64,000 bases of DNA from Coleofasciculaceae cyanobacterium (GTDB taxonomy: Bacteria > Cyanobacteriota > Vampirovibrionia > Vampirovibrionales > Vampirovibrionaceae): the NCBI GenBank assembly GCA_036703295.1, contig DATNPJ010000015.1, positions 15,994 to 79,993 of the forward strand, written 5' to 3'. A program made the position numbers and the translations under genes. Position 1 is the stretch's first letter. Every line of letters starts with the position of its first letter. Of the stretch, positions 48,818-58,567 are shown one piece after another. The notes under the pieces are model-generated. The model saw nothing but the letters and a program-made list of their open reading frames with translations, was not told the DNA's origin and did no database searches.

Positions 48818-50125
48818 ATGCACACCGTTAAAGTTGTCGCTGTCGCCAGCTCGGAAGAAACCCGGGTCGCCCTGTACAGTCAGTTGCAGGACCTGGATTT
48901 CGTGGAATTCAACGGTGTCTACATCGAGCTTTCCGATGCCGTCCGGGAATGCCAGGAAGTCGGACCGGACATCATCATCGTGGATACCACGGCTCGTGAA
49001 CTGGATGCCGGACTTTTCATCCAGGCCATCAGCATGAACCCTGAAAACCCATGCGTCATCTATGCCCTGCACCGGGAGATGGACATCAACGTTTTCAAGG
49101 AAGCCATCCGGCAAGGGGCACGGGAATTCATTCAATATCCCGAAGACAAGAAAAGCCTGGAAGTAGCCCTTCGCAAGCACTTGGCCCTGATGAGCAAGGT
49201 GGCGACCCAGGGCAAGGCAGCTTCCGCAAAATCCCAGCAAACGGGCGAGCCTGTCAGCGGCAAGGTTTTTGCCGTGTTCGCGGCCAAGGGTGGAGTCGGC
49301 TGCTCGACCGTCGCAGTCAACCTGGCCCACGAGTTATACGCAATCCGGAACCAATCCGTGGTGTTTGTAGACCTGGATCAGATCTTCTGTAACACCGCGA
49401 TCATGTTGAACCACAAACCCAGCTATTCGCTCGGGGACATTGCCAACACCAACCCGGGCGAAATCGATGAAGGTCTGCTGAACAAGATTGTGATCAAGCA
49501 CGAGAGCGGCCTGCACGTGGTGGTGGGCTCCAAAAGCGTGCTGGATGACAACGAGATGGTTTCTCCCGAGTTAATGGAACTGCTGATGGATTACCTGGTA
49601 TCCCGCTACGCCTTTGTGGTGGTGGATCTTCCCACCCATGTGCTGGATCCCTATCACCAATACATGGTCGAGCGGGCCGATGAGCTGATCCTGGTTTCCA
49701 ATCCCGATATTCCCAGCCTGTACCGGACCCGGCAGTATTTGGATCTCGCCCAAAAATACCTGGATATGAAAAAGGTCAAAATGGTGCTGAACCGCTACAA
49801 CATGAAAGCGGCCTACCGGATGAGCAACCAGGAAGTGGAGGCTGAATTCCGGTATGACATCTATGCGCGCATTCCCAACGACTGGGATCTGAACGTGGAG
49901 GCCAATAGTGTCGGGACGGTCCAAAGCAAAATCAACCCCAAATCGGACATTGTGAAAGCCCTCCAGAAGCTGGCCTTCCAACTGATTGGCGAAGAATCGC
50001 GGGAAATAACATCCAGCGCCAAAAGCAACAGCAATGGCCTTCTGGGCAAGCTGTTTACGCCCAGAGGGCAATCTCAGGGGCAAAAACCCCAATCCAGCAC
50101 CGGTAAAACTTTCGGTTTGTTTTAA
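48818..50125 (+). CDS. cpaE: CpaE/TadZ-like pilus assembly ATPase (N-terminal receiver-like domain plus ParA/MinD-type P-loop)
   Basis: VFAVFAAKGGVGCSTVAVNLA carries the deviant Walker A motif of the ParA/MinD/CpaE family. Confidence 0.8.
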   Translation: MHTVKVVAVASSEETRVALYSQLQDLDFVEFNGVYIELSDAVRECQEVGPDIIIVDTTARELDAGLFIQAISMNPENPCVIYALHREMDINVFKEAIRQGAREFIQYPEDKKSLEVALRKHLALMSKVATQGKAASAKSQQTGEPVSGKVFAVFAAKGGVGCSTVAVNLAHELYAIRNQSVVFVDLDQIFCNTAIMLNHKPSYSLGDIANTNPGEIDEGLLNKIVIKHESGLHVVVGSKSVLDDNEMVSPELMELLMDYLVSRYAFVVVDLPTHVLDPYHQYMVERADELILVSNPDIPSLYRTRQYLDLAQKYLDMKKVKMVLNRYNMKAAYRMSNQEVEAEFRYDIYARIPNDWDLNVEANSVGTVQSKINPKSDIVKALQKLAFQLIGEESREITSSAKSNSNGLLGKLFTPRGQSQGQKPQSSTGKTFGLF

Positions 50126-50241
50126 CAGTTCGTAAATCAGTGATAAATTCCACCCTGGTTTGGGAATAAGAAACTGGGCGGAGTAGCACCAAAGAGGCAA
50201 GGCCAACACACCAGGCCATAAGAGACAAGGGTTGCAAGGCG

Positions 50242-51690
50242 ATGTCACTATCCAAGCAAAGCAAGTGGGGCTTCGGTCGCAAAGACACACCCGCGCCACC
50301 ATCCCCGGAACCATCACCCACCGCGTCACACGCGGAGGGAAGCGGTGCCACGGCCGTGCAACAGCCGCCAAAATCCACGAATTTTACCCCCGCCCCAGCC
50401 AAGCCCAAGAAGGACAACCCGCCTGCAGCGGAAGATCCGTACTGCGAACTCAAATCCAATATTCACCGCCGCCTGATTGAAGAAATCGATCTCAACCAGC
50501 TCAGCGAGAAGCAGGGCTCCGGCTTGCGGGACCAGATCAAGGATGCCATCAATCACTTGCTGATGGAAGAGAGCGGCCTGCTGACCTCTTCCGACCGGGA
50601 ACGCCTGGTGGAAGATATCCTGAACGAAGCGATGGGGTTGGGACCTTTGGAGCAATTGCTGCGGGACCCCAGCATTTCGGAGATCATGATTCTCGGGCCG
50701 AGCCTGGTTTATGTGGAGCGCAACGGCAAACTGACCGAATCGCGGGTCCGCTTTAAAGATGACTCCCACCTGTTGCAGATTATCGACCGTATCGTCTCCG
50801 CCGTGGGCCGCAGGGTGGATGAAACCCAGCCCCTTTGCGACGCCCGCCTGAAGGACGGCTCCCGTTTCAACTGCGTCATCCCGCCCCTGGCTCTGGATGG
50901 CCCGCTGGTCACCATTCGTAAGTTTTCCAAAGATCCGCTGAGAGTGGACGATCTGATTCGCTTCGGCTCATTGACGCCCGCGGCTGCCGAACTGCTGCGA
51001 GGTTTCGTCCAGGCCCGGTTGAACATCGTCATTTCCGGCGGTACGGGCTCCGGTAAAACCACGTTGTTGAACGTGCTCTCCAGCTTTATTCCCGAGGACG
51101 AGCGCATCGTCACCATTGAGGATACGGCGGAATTGCAACTGCAACAGAAACACATTGCCCGGATGGAAACCCGTCCGCCGAACCTGGAAGGCAAGGGTGA
51201 AATCACCATGCGGGACCTGGTCAAGAACTCCCTGCGTATGCGCCCCGAGCGGATCGTGGTTGGGGAGTGCCGTTCCGGTGAAACTCTGGATATGTTGCAG
51301 GCCATGAACACCGGCCACGACGGATCGCTGACCACCTTGCACGCCAACGCGCCAAGGGACGCCATCCGACGGATGGAGACGATGGTGATGATGGCCGGCT
51401 ACGACTTGCCCCAACGGGCCATCCGCGAGCAAATCGCTTCTGCGGTTCATGTCATCATCCAGGCCAGTCGTCTCAGCGACGGCAGCCGCCGGGTTATGAA
51501 CATCACCGAAGTGGTGGGCATGGAAGGCGACGTGGTGCTGTTGCAGGATATTTTCCATTTCGTGCAACACGGCATGGATGAAAACCACAAAATCATCGGT
51601 GAATTCAAGCCGACCGGCATCCGGCCCAAATTCCTGGATGTCCTGAAGGCGGAAGGCGTTGAGATCGACGATTCCCTGTTTGAGCTGTGA
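50242..51690 (+). CDS. cpaF: CpaF/TadA secretion ATPase (VirB11/GspE superfamily)
   Basis: Walker A GGTGSGKTT, Asp box, and Walker B/His box region (LHANAPRDAIRRME). Confidence 0.9.
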   Translation: MSLSKQSKWGFGRKDTPAPPSPEPSPTASHAEGSGATAVQQPPKSTNFTPAPAKPKKDNPPAAEDPYCELKSNIHRRLIEEIDLNQLSEKQGSGLRDQIKDAINHLLMEESGLLTSSDRERLVEDILNEAMGLGPLEQLLRDPSISEIMILGPSLVYVERNGKLTESRVRFKDDSHLLQIIDRIVSAVGRRVDETQPLCDARLKDGSRFNCVIPPLALDGPLVTIRKFSKDPLRVDDLIRFGSLTPAAAELLRGFVQARLNIVISGGTGSGKTTLLNVLSSFIPEDERIVTIEDTAELQLQQKHIARMETRPPNLEGKGEITMRDLVKNSLRMRPERIVVGECRSGETLDMLQAMNTGHDGSLTTLHANAPRDAIRRMETMVMMAGYDLPQRAIREQIASAVHVIIQASRLSDGSRRVMNITEVVGMEGDVVLLQDIFHFVQHGMDENHKIIGEFKPTGIRPKFLDVLKAEGVEIDDSLFEL

Positions 51691-51702
51691 GGATAACGAT
51701 TC

Positions 51703-52668
51703 ATGAATATGGATCTGGTCATTGGTCTGATACCCGGCCTGACGGTCTTATTCCTGATTGTGGGCTTTTACAAGACCACAATGGAGAAGCAGGTGCAGGC
51801 CCAGGAACGCATCCAGGATCTGCTGAGCAACCCCCAAAAGTCCGGCGGTAAATTGCTGGTTGGGAAAGACCAGGATGGCATCCTCCGCAAGCGCAAGAAA
51901 AGCAAAGACGGCCAGCAAACCAAAATTGAAGTGCTGGAGATTAAGCTGGAACGCGCCAACATGCTCATCACGGCAAACGAATTCATGGCGATATGCGGTG
52001 GTTCCGCCTTGCTTGGCGGGATTCTCCTGTATTTCATCCTGGGACAGAATATGATCCTGGCCCTGCTGTTGGGGCTGGCCTGCTCCGGGCTACCCTACCT
52101 CTTCATGACGGTGAAAACCATGCTGCGAATGAAAAAAGCGGCCGCGCAGTTTTCCGATGTGCTGGACGGCATGGTCAACGCGTTCAAGACCGGTTTTGGA
52201 TTCTCCCGCGCCGTGCAAATGGTGGCGGATAACTATGACGACCCCTGGGGCACCGAATTTGGCAAAATGGCCGCCGAGATGAACCTGGGCTCCAGCTTTG
52301 AGGATAGCCTGTATTCGTTGTCCACCCGGATGCCTTCCCCCGATGTGGATCTGTTTGTGACCGCCCTGCTCATCCAGAAGGAAACCGGGGGCAGCATGGC
52401 GGAACTGCTGGGAACGCTATCCAAAACCATCCGGGATCGCTACAAGCTGTTTCAGAAGGTCGGCGCCATCTCCGCGCAAGGCAAGCTGTCGGCGGGTATC
52501 GTCTGCTGTGTGCCGTTTATGCTGGCCGGTATTATGTTTCTGTTCCTGCCGGACGCCATGATTAAATTCGCCACCAACCCCATCGGGATTGTATTGCTGG
52601 TGTTGGCCGGTTTCTGGATGATTTGCGGGATCGGTGTCCTCTACAAGATTGTGCAGATTGAGGTGTAG
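51703..52668 (+). CDS. tadB: Tad pilus inner-membrane platform protein TadB (GspF-like)
   Basis: Polytopic membrane protein in the conserved cpaF-tadB-tadC position, with GspF-like helices. Confidence 0.8.
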   Translation: MNMDLVIGLIPGLTVLFLIVGFYKTTMEKQVQAQERIQDLLSNPQKSGGKLLVGKDQDGILRKRKKSKDGQQTKIEVLEIKLERANMLITANEFMAICGGSALLGGILLYFILGQNMILALLLGLACSGLPYLFMTVKTMLRMKKAAAQFSDVLDGMVNAFKTGFGFSRAVQMVADNYDDPWGTEFGKMAAEMNLGSSFEDSLYSLSTRMPSPDVDLFVTALLIQKETGGSMAELLGTLSKTIRDRYKLFQKVGAISAQGKLSAGIVCCVPFMLAGIMFLFLPDAMIKFATNPIGIVLLVLAGFWMICGIGVLYKIVQIEV

Positions 52669-52671
52669 TGT

Positions 52672-53649
52672 ATGGAAGACGTAATGCATATCATACTACC
52701 GGTTCTGTGCATCGGGATCACCATTGCCTTCCTGTTAATAGGCGTAAAAGCCAACCAGGAGGACGAAAAGGTCCAGGGACGAATCAGCGAGCTGAGCACA
52801 CGCGAAGGCACCAAAAAGCACAATAGCCGGAAGAAACAGCTGGAAAGCAGCTTTTCTGAACGGGTGATTTTCCCCTTCGCGCAAAAGATTTTCGACATCA
52901 CCCAGTCCATCATTCCGCTGAACAGCAAGTCCTGGGTCAAGGCCAAGCTGATTCAGGCAGGCTACCAGAAACCCCACTACCAGAAGGTATTCCTGGGCAT
53001 TCAATTGCTGTGCACGGTGGTGCTGTTTGCGACCATGTTCAGTTTTACCGCCCTGTTCGGCCAGGTTGCCGGCATGCTGAGCTTTATTGTGGGGGGCTTT
53101 TTCGGCTTGGCGGGCTACGGATTGCCGATGCTGTGGCTGATGCAACAGGCCGGCAAGCGCCAGGACAGCATTCAAAAATCACTGGCCGACTTCCTGGATT
53201 TGCTGGTTATTTGCGTGGAGGCCGGTCTGGGTCTGGATGTCGCCATCAGCAAGATCACCAGCCTCAAGTCCGTCAAGACTTCCGTTTATTTGCGGGAAGA
53301 ATTACAACGCTATACGCGGGATGTCGGATTCGGGAAGGCCCGAAAGGACGCACTGCTGGATATGGCGGAACGCACCGGCGTGGAAGACTTGAACACCATT
53401 ATCAACTCGATTGTCAACGCCTATGAAATGGGCAGCAGCGTGGCCCATACCTTGCGAGTGCAGGCGGATTCCCTGCGGGTGAAACGCCTGATGAAAGCCG
53501 AGGAGAAGGCCAACAAAATTCCGGTTAAGATGGTCATCCCGATTTACGTCTTCCTGTTCCCGGCCATCTTCGTATGCATCTTCGGGCCGATTGGCATGAT
53601 TATGGTCGAGGCGGTCATGAAGATTTTCAGCAGCGTCAAGCTGGGGTAA
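52672..53649 (+). CDS. tadC: Tad pilus inner-membrane platform protein TadC (GspF-like)
   Basis: Paralogous to the preceding membrane protein. SD GAGGTG. Confidence 0.8.
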   Translation: MEDVMHIILPVLCIGITIAFLLIGVKANQEDEKVQGRISELSTREGTKKHNSRKKQLESSFSERVIFPFAQKIFDITQSIIPLNSKSWVKAKLIQAGYQKPHYQKVFLGIQLLCTVVLFATMFSFTALFGQVAGMLSFIVGGFFGLAGYGLPMLWLMQQAGKRQDSIQKSLADFLDLLVICVEAGLGLDVAISKITSLKSVKTSVYLREELQRYTRDVGFGKARKDALLDMAERTGVEDLNTIINSIVNAYEMGSSVAHTLRVQADSLRVKRLMKAEEKANKIPVKMVIPIYVFLFPAIFVCIFGPIGMIMVEAVMKIFSSVKLG

Positions 53650-54163
53650 CTGGAATCAGCGGTGCTTGCCGTATGCCGGACAAAGAATTCCCGGTACCTA
53701 TCCATCTTGCATATGGCATTAATCGTTCGATAAGGCTGATATACTGCTTATTGGGGATCAGGTTAATCCAAGAAGCCTGTCAATTCAACTTCTTGTTAAA
53801 ATTACGAGAAGGGTGATGGGGGTAAAAGAGTGTAAAAGCAACACTTTCCACCCCCTCAGGTTGAAAGATTTTCCTTTACAATTCAGATGAATTTCATTAC
53901 GATAATGAAGTCGTGAAACTCGACTGTTATTTTGCTCATCAAGCGATAACTTTCCTGAATTTCGATGATGGAATCCCCCTGCGGGAGAGCCCGAATAGAG
54001 AACCAGATTCATCGGACACCCAGTTTATCCAGCACCAGAGAGCATTTTCCGAATGTTGGATCCGAGCGAGGGTTTCGATCAAGAGCGGTAGAAAGATTTT
54101 TGATCCCACATCAGCCCATCAGTGGCTGTGGCGTCAACAAGTTGGTGACGAGTGAGGTAAAAA

Positions 54164-54200
54164 CAAAGCGGGACCCAAACCCCGCTTTTTCTTTTTGTGG
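54164..54200 (+). terminator. Rho-independent terminator (AGCGGG-acccaaa-CCCGCT then TTTTCTTTTTG)
   Basis: Located at the end of the long AT-rich gap after tadC. Confidence 0.6.
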
Positions 54201-54345
54201 GGGATTTTCTACGTCGGCCGGTTGCCATGTAACAAAGCGTGAAGTTTCGGCACTTTACGCCTCTCTGGTGTTTTTATTTTTTTACGAGGGTACTTCAGAG
54301 AGTTCAAGAAGGTAACGGTAGCAGTAGAAAAAGAGGGAACAAGTT

Positions 54346-54678
54346 TTGGCAATCAGCAGATCACAAGAAGCAGGGGCCAGCCAAATGGCACTGATGTTGG
54401 CCCAGATGCGCAAGAACATGGGTGTCGGCCAGCAACAGCAAGCCCAGGGCGTTTCCGCTGCTGGTGATAAAGGCGCCAATCGGTTCGCCAATGCACACTC
54501 AGTTCAGCGGCAAGCCGGTCCGCAGGCCCAGGCAGGGCTCAAGGCAGGTCAGTCCAAAGCAGCCTCGGGTGGCGGCGACCAACTGGCCCAGTTCAAGCAG
54601 CAGACTCTGCCGAACACCAATCCGCATCGTCCCACACCAAACCAGGGCGTGGGCGGCAGGGTGAATTTCAGCGCCTAA
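54346..54678 (+). CDS. Small Gln/Ala/Gly-rich low-complexity protein (about 97-110 aa), hypothetical
   Basis: ORF with SD-like GAGGGAA upstream of TTG 54346 (or ATG 54385). Composition is MALMLAQMRKNMGVGQQQQAQG.... Confidence 0.35.
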   Translation: MAISRSQEAGASQMALMLAQMRKNMGVGQQQQAQGVSAAGDKGANRFANAHSVQRQAGPQAQAGLKAGQSKAASGGGDQLAQFKQQTLPNTNPHRPTPNQGVGGRVNFSA

Positions 54679-54753
54679 AGCACGAACGTGATATGATCGA
54701 CCGGGAGATCACACTGTGGTCTCCCGGTTTGCTTCGTGGAAGGGCACATTTAA

Positions 54754-55710
54754 GTGATACGCGAGCTGGCAGTCATCGATCTGATCGGGCAATTGACCCA
54801 ACGGCCGGAATACCTGGCCGATGACGCCTTCCTGGACCCGGAAACCCGGCAGATTTACACCACCGACATGCTGGTGGAAGGACGGCACTTCCGGATGGAT
54901 TATTTTTCGCCCAAAGACCTGGGCTGGAAGGCTGCGGCGGTCAATATCAGCGACATTGCCGCCATGGGTGGCCGCCTGAAATACCTGCTGATTTCCCTGG
55001 GTCTGCCGGAGAGCTGCGATGATGCCTGGATTCGTTCTCTTTACGCAGGGCTGCTAGCAGCCTGCGCACAATTCGGCGGCGAAATCGCCGGAGGCGACAC
55101 GGTCGGCAGCGATCGGCTGGTGGTCAATGTGACCGCCGTGGGCGAATGCCCGCCAGCCCATACGCCGGGGCGGCGCACCGGCGCCGAGGTGGGAGATTAT
55201 ATCGTCGCCACGGGTTTTCATGGACTGAGCGGCATTGGGCTGCGCGTTCTGCAAGCGGGTGAAACCGGCTTTGACGCCTGCAAGGCGGCACATTTACGGC
55301 CAATGCCCAGGATTCCGGAAGGATTGATGCTGTCGAAGCGCTTTGAACGTTATGCTCTCATGGACAGCAGCGACGGCCTGGCGGATGCCTTGCTGAAAAT
55401 TGCCCAGGCCAGCGGGAAAAAACTGGTGGTGGACGCCGCGAAAGTTCCCCTGCACCCCGAAGTATCGGCTTATTGCGCGCATCATGGGCGGGATCCGTGG
55501 CAAGCGGTGTTCTACGGCGGCGAAGATTTCGAACTGGTCGCCACAGTGCCGGAGGTAGATGATGCCTTGCTGGCGCATTTTGCGGTCATTGGCCGGGTGG
55601 AAGCCGCTGACGGCAATCCGGGAGCTTGGTTCCGACCCGTTGACCAGGATACCCTTCAGCCCTTGACCCTGGCCGAAACCTATCAGCATTTTGGAGCCAG
55701 TCATGCCTGA
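54754..55710 (+). CDS. thiL: Thiamine-monophosphate kinase
   Basis: AIR-synthase-related fold. N-terminal IDLIGQL...DDAFLD...TDMLVEGRHF carries the ThiL signature. Confidence 0.85.
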   Translation: MIRELAVIDLIGQLTQRPEYLADDAFLDPETRQIYTTDMLVEGRHFRMDYFSPKDLGWKAAAVNISDIAAMGGRLKYLLISLGLPESCDDAWIRSLYAGLLAACAQFGGEIAGGDTVGSDRLVVNVTAVGECPPAHTPGRRTGAEVGDYIVATGFHGLSGIGLRVLQAGETGFDACKAAHLRPMPRIPEGLMLSKRFERYALMDSSDGLADALLKIAQASGKKLVVDAAKVPLHPEVSAYCAHHGRDPWQAVFYGGEDFELVATVPEVDDALLAHFAVIGRVEAADGNPGAWFRPVDQDTLQPLTLAETYQHFGASHA

Positions 55711-56410
55711 AGCCGGGGTCGTGTGGGCGGTTGTGCCAGCCGGAGGAAGTGGTACTCGGTATTCAGGCAGCGAAGATAAGCTGCTGGTTGAAATTGCCGG
55801 GGAGCCGGTACTGGTGAGGACCTTACGGGCTTTGTTTTCAGCACCGTCCATTGCCGGAATCGTACTGGTCTCGGCAGTTGAAAAACAAACCTGTTATCAG
55901 GCGCTGATTGAGCGGTATCTGGGCTCGGTCAACCTCCGCTTTGCCACAGGCGGTCGGGACCGGCGGGAGTCTGTCCTGAATGGCCTGCTGGCTTTGCCAG
56001 ACACCGTGGAAGTGGTGGCCATCCATGATGCGGCCCGACCCTTGGTTCAGCCAGCCGTGATTGATCAGGCTGTCTCGGTGGTGGTGTCCGGACAAGCCGG
56101 GGCCGTGGTGGCCGTGCCGGTGGTGGATACCCTGAAGCAGGCCGAGATTGGCTCGATGAACATTTGCTGCACGGTGGATCGCGCTCAATTGTGGCGTGCG
56201 CAGACCCCACAGGTATTCCGCCGGGAGGTCATTCTGCGGGCGCATCGCGCCATTGCCCTGGAAACACCCGTCACGGACGACGCCCAGCTGATGGAGCTAG
56301 CCGGATTAGGCCCCGTCGTATTGGTTCCCGGCGACGAACACAACCTGAAAATCACCACTCCCGCCGATGTCGCTTTAGCCGAAGCCTTTCTGGCGTCGGG
56401 TTCGGAGTGA
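55703..56410 (+). CDS. ispD: 2-C-methyl-D-erythritol 4-phosphate cytidylyltransferase
   Basis: AVVPAGGSGTRYSG...KLLVEIAGEPVL matches the IspD signature. ATG overlaps the thiL stop (ATGcctGA). Confidence 0.85.
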   Translation: MPEAGVVWAVVPAGGSGTRYSGSEDKLLVEIAGEPVLVRTLRALFSAPSIAGIVLVSAVEKQTCYQALIERYLGSVNLRFATGGRDRRESVLNGLLALPDTVEVVAIHDAARPLVQPAVIDQAVSVVVSGQAGAVVAVPVVDTLKQAEIGSMNICCTVDRAQLWRAQTPQVFRREVILRAHRAIALETPVTDDAQLMELAGLGPVVLVPGDEHNLKITTPADVALAEAFLASGSE

Positions 56411-56458
56411 AGCCCCGGCCTTTGCTATAATAGGCTGATCGAATGGAAAGAGGATTCT

Positions 56459-57091
56459 ATGCTTTCATTTATCAAGGGTACGTTGGTCGGCAAGACGATT
56501 GAATCGCCCAGAGGCGCTTATTTTCTGGTGGATCTTCATGGCATGGGCTTTGAAGTCCTGAGCAGCCAGCGATCGATTGAGAGCAGCCCCATGCCCGGCG
56601 AGCAGGTTCAGCTTTTCACCACGCTCATCGTCCGGGAAGACGCGATGTTCCTGGTGGGTTTCAACTCCAAGGAAGAGCGGGATCTCTTCAACATCCTGCA
56701 AAGCGCCTCCGGAGTCGGGGTAAAGGTCGCACTGGCGCTGCTTTCCTCGCTGTCGGTTTCCGAAATTGCCCAGGCGGTGATTTCCAATAATCATTCGATC
56801 CTCACCAAGGCCAAGGGCGTAGGCACCAAGCTGGCCCAGAAGATGGTGCTGGAGCTTAAGGAGAAGATGATGAACTGGCGCTCGGTGGAGTTTTCAGGTG
56901 CCGCCCGCACGCTCGAAACATCCGGCCCCAAAAACGAGGGCTTCCTGGAGGCCGAGGCGGTCCTGCTGTCCCTGGGATATCAGCCGGATGAGATTTCCCG
57001 CAGCTTCCAATCCGTCGAAGGAGAATTGCGGGAATCTTCTTCCGAGGTCATCCTCCGTGAATCCCTGCGTTGGTTGGCGCAATCGGTTTAA
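56459..57091 (+). CDS. ruvA: Holliday junction DNA helicase RuvA
   Basis: MLSFIKGTLV... OB-fold N-terminus and HhH region (LQSASGVGVKVALALLS). Confidence 0.85.
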   Translation: MLSFIKGTLVGKTIESPRGAYFLVDLHGMGFEVLSSQRSIESSPMPGEQVQLFTTLIVREDAMFLVGFNSKEERDLFNILQSASGVGVKVALALLSSLSVSEIAQAVISNNHSILTKAKGVGTKLAQKMVLELKEKMMNWRSVEFSGAARTLETSGPKNEGFLEAEAVLLSLGYQPDEISRSFQSVEGELRESSSEVILRESLRWLAQSV

Positions 57092-57160
57092 AAAATCCGA
57101 AAATTTTTCAGTTTCACCCTAAACTTTTGGCGCAGGCTGCCGATACGTAATTGGGTACCG

Positions 57161-58021
57161 ATGAATACTGGAGCGCCAATGGGCCCTGAAGACTTGCGCA
57201 AGAATCAGAAAGCCTCCGAGCAACGCGCAGAACGTGCGTTATCGGACGTGTTGGGGCATTCTTCAGACCGTAAAAACGAGGAAATCCGGGAACAGTACAA
57301 CTATTACTACAACCGGATCTACCCTCTGCTCAAGGAAGGTAAGCTGGACTTTCTGCGGATTGCGGAGAAAGCCGGTTTTAAGGAACGCCGGGTACGTGAA
57401 ACGCTGTTGTTCCGCCTGACAACCGGCGAGGTCCTACAACTTTTCGGCAAAAAAGACGGTGTTTGCTATATTTGCAGCCGGCGACTGTTCTCGGCCACAA
57501 CCAAGGAGCCCATGTGCCTGAACTGCTTGCAGGCCTTGGACACGGTTATCCAGGAACTCTACCTGGCCGACTTGGGCGATGCCTCGGCACATCGGTACAA
57601 TGACACCGAAAAACCAGGGGAGTTTCCTGAATACGAAAGGGACGGCGAGCCTTTCGAACAAGCCCCCGAACTCGTCGAGCCATTGCCCGCAACTGGCGAC
57701 TGGGTTCCTCGCGAGCAATACGAGGCCCTGGTCACGGAAGTGAATGCCTATCGCCAAAAATACGGCCCCTTGGAGACACCCACAAAGCTCATGAGTTCCG
57801 AACCCTTCCCCGGCGCAGGATCGCCGCTCGATGATTCCTTTGCCCCTGAGTCCTTGGCATCGTCATCCGCACCGGCCAGTGTGGCTGCTTTTCTGGACAT
57901 CCTGAAGCTTCCGGATCGCGATATTCCGCTGGATCCGGCGGCGATGAAGGAGCTTGCAAACTTGGCCACCAATGAACCCCTCCGGCACTTTGGTTTCCAG
58001 CGAATGAGAGCCCCCAAATGA
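57161..58021 (+). CDS. Hypothetical protein with a CxxC...CxxC zinc-ribbon (286 aa; alternative start 57179)
   Basis: GVCYICSRRLFSATTKEPMCLNCLQAL zinc-ribbon-like segment. Paralogous to the N-terminus of the next gene. Confidence 0.5.
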   Translation: MNTGAPMGPEDLRKNQKASEQRAERALSDVLGHSSDRKNEEIREQYNYYYNRIYPLLKEGKLDFLRIAEKAGFKERRVRETLLFRLTTGEVLQLFGKKDGVCYICSRRLFSATTKEPMCLNCLQALDTVIQELYLADLGDASAHRYNDTEKPGEFPEYERDGEPFEQAPELVEPLPATGDWVPREQYEALVTEVNAYRQKYGPLETPTKLMSSEPFPGAGSPLDDSFAPESLASSSAPASVAAFLDILKLPDRDIPLDPAAMKELANLATNEPLRHFGFQRMRAPK

Positions 58022-58551
58022 GACTTGCCAACTGTGTCAAATGCAGACGAATTTTCCAGCGGACCATCAGCGCGATGTGCTCCGAATGCAATCAGCTGTC
58101 TCTGTCACAGGTTAGCAGCGCCTACCGCTTCATCCAGCAAAACCCGCATCTGACCTTGGAAGAGGTTGCGGACTCTTGCCTGATTCCTTACAAGGAATTG
58201 GAGCAGATGCTGTTTGACGGTAAGCTGGGCTTGGCCGCGAGCAATGTCATCTACCATTGCCAGCGCTGCGGACGGCCCACCGATGCCCGGATCCGGCGCG
58301 GACACTTCTGCGTCGGCTGTGCCGATCAGATTGAAAATGCAGCCGGCCTCCACCATCTTGAGAAAAAAGAGCCGGAAAAGCGTAACGAGAACCCAAAAGC
58401 ACCCAAGCGGACTGAGCCTGCCTCTGAAACGCCATTGGCATCGGAAGGGACTGGTGAGGTGCTTTGGCCCGGAGAGAACCTGGGAACGCTAAAACCCGCA
58501 AGCTCCACTTCTCAAGCGGATTCCCACGGGTTTAAGCGTATCACTGAGTAG
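58018..58551 (+). CDS. Hypothetical protein with two CxxC zinc-ribbon pairs (177 aa); paralog of the preceding gene
   Basis: MRLANCVKCRRIFQRTISAMCSECN... and CQRCGRP...CVGC. ATGA overlaps the upstream stop. Confidence 0.5.
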   Translation: MRLANCVKCRRIFQRTISAMCSECNQLSLSQVSSAYRFIQQNPHLTLEEVADSCLIPYKELEQMLFDGKLGLAASNVIYHCQRCGRPTDARIRRGHFCVGCADQIENAAGLHHLEKKEPEKRNENPKAPKRTEPASETPLASEGTGEVLWPGENLGTLKPASSTSQADSHGFKRITE

Positions 58552-58567
58552 TTAAAGCGGTGCCGTC

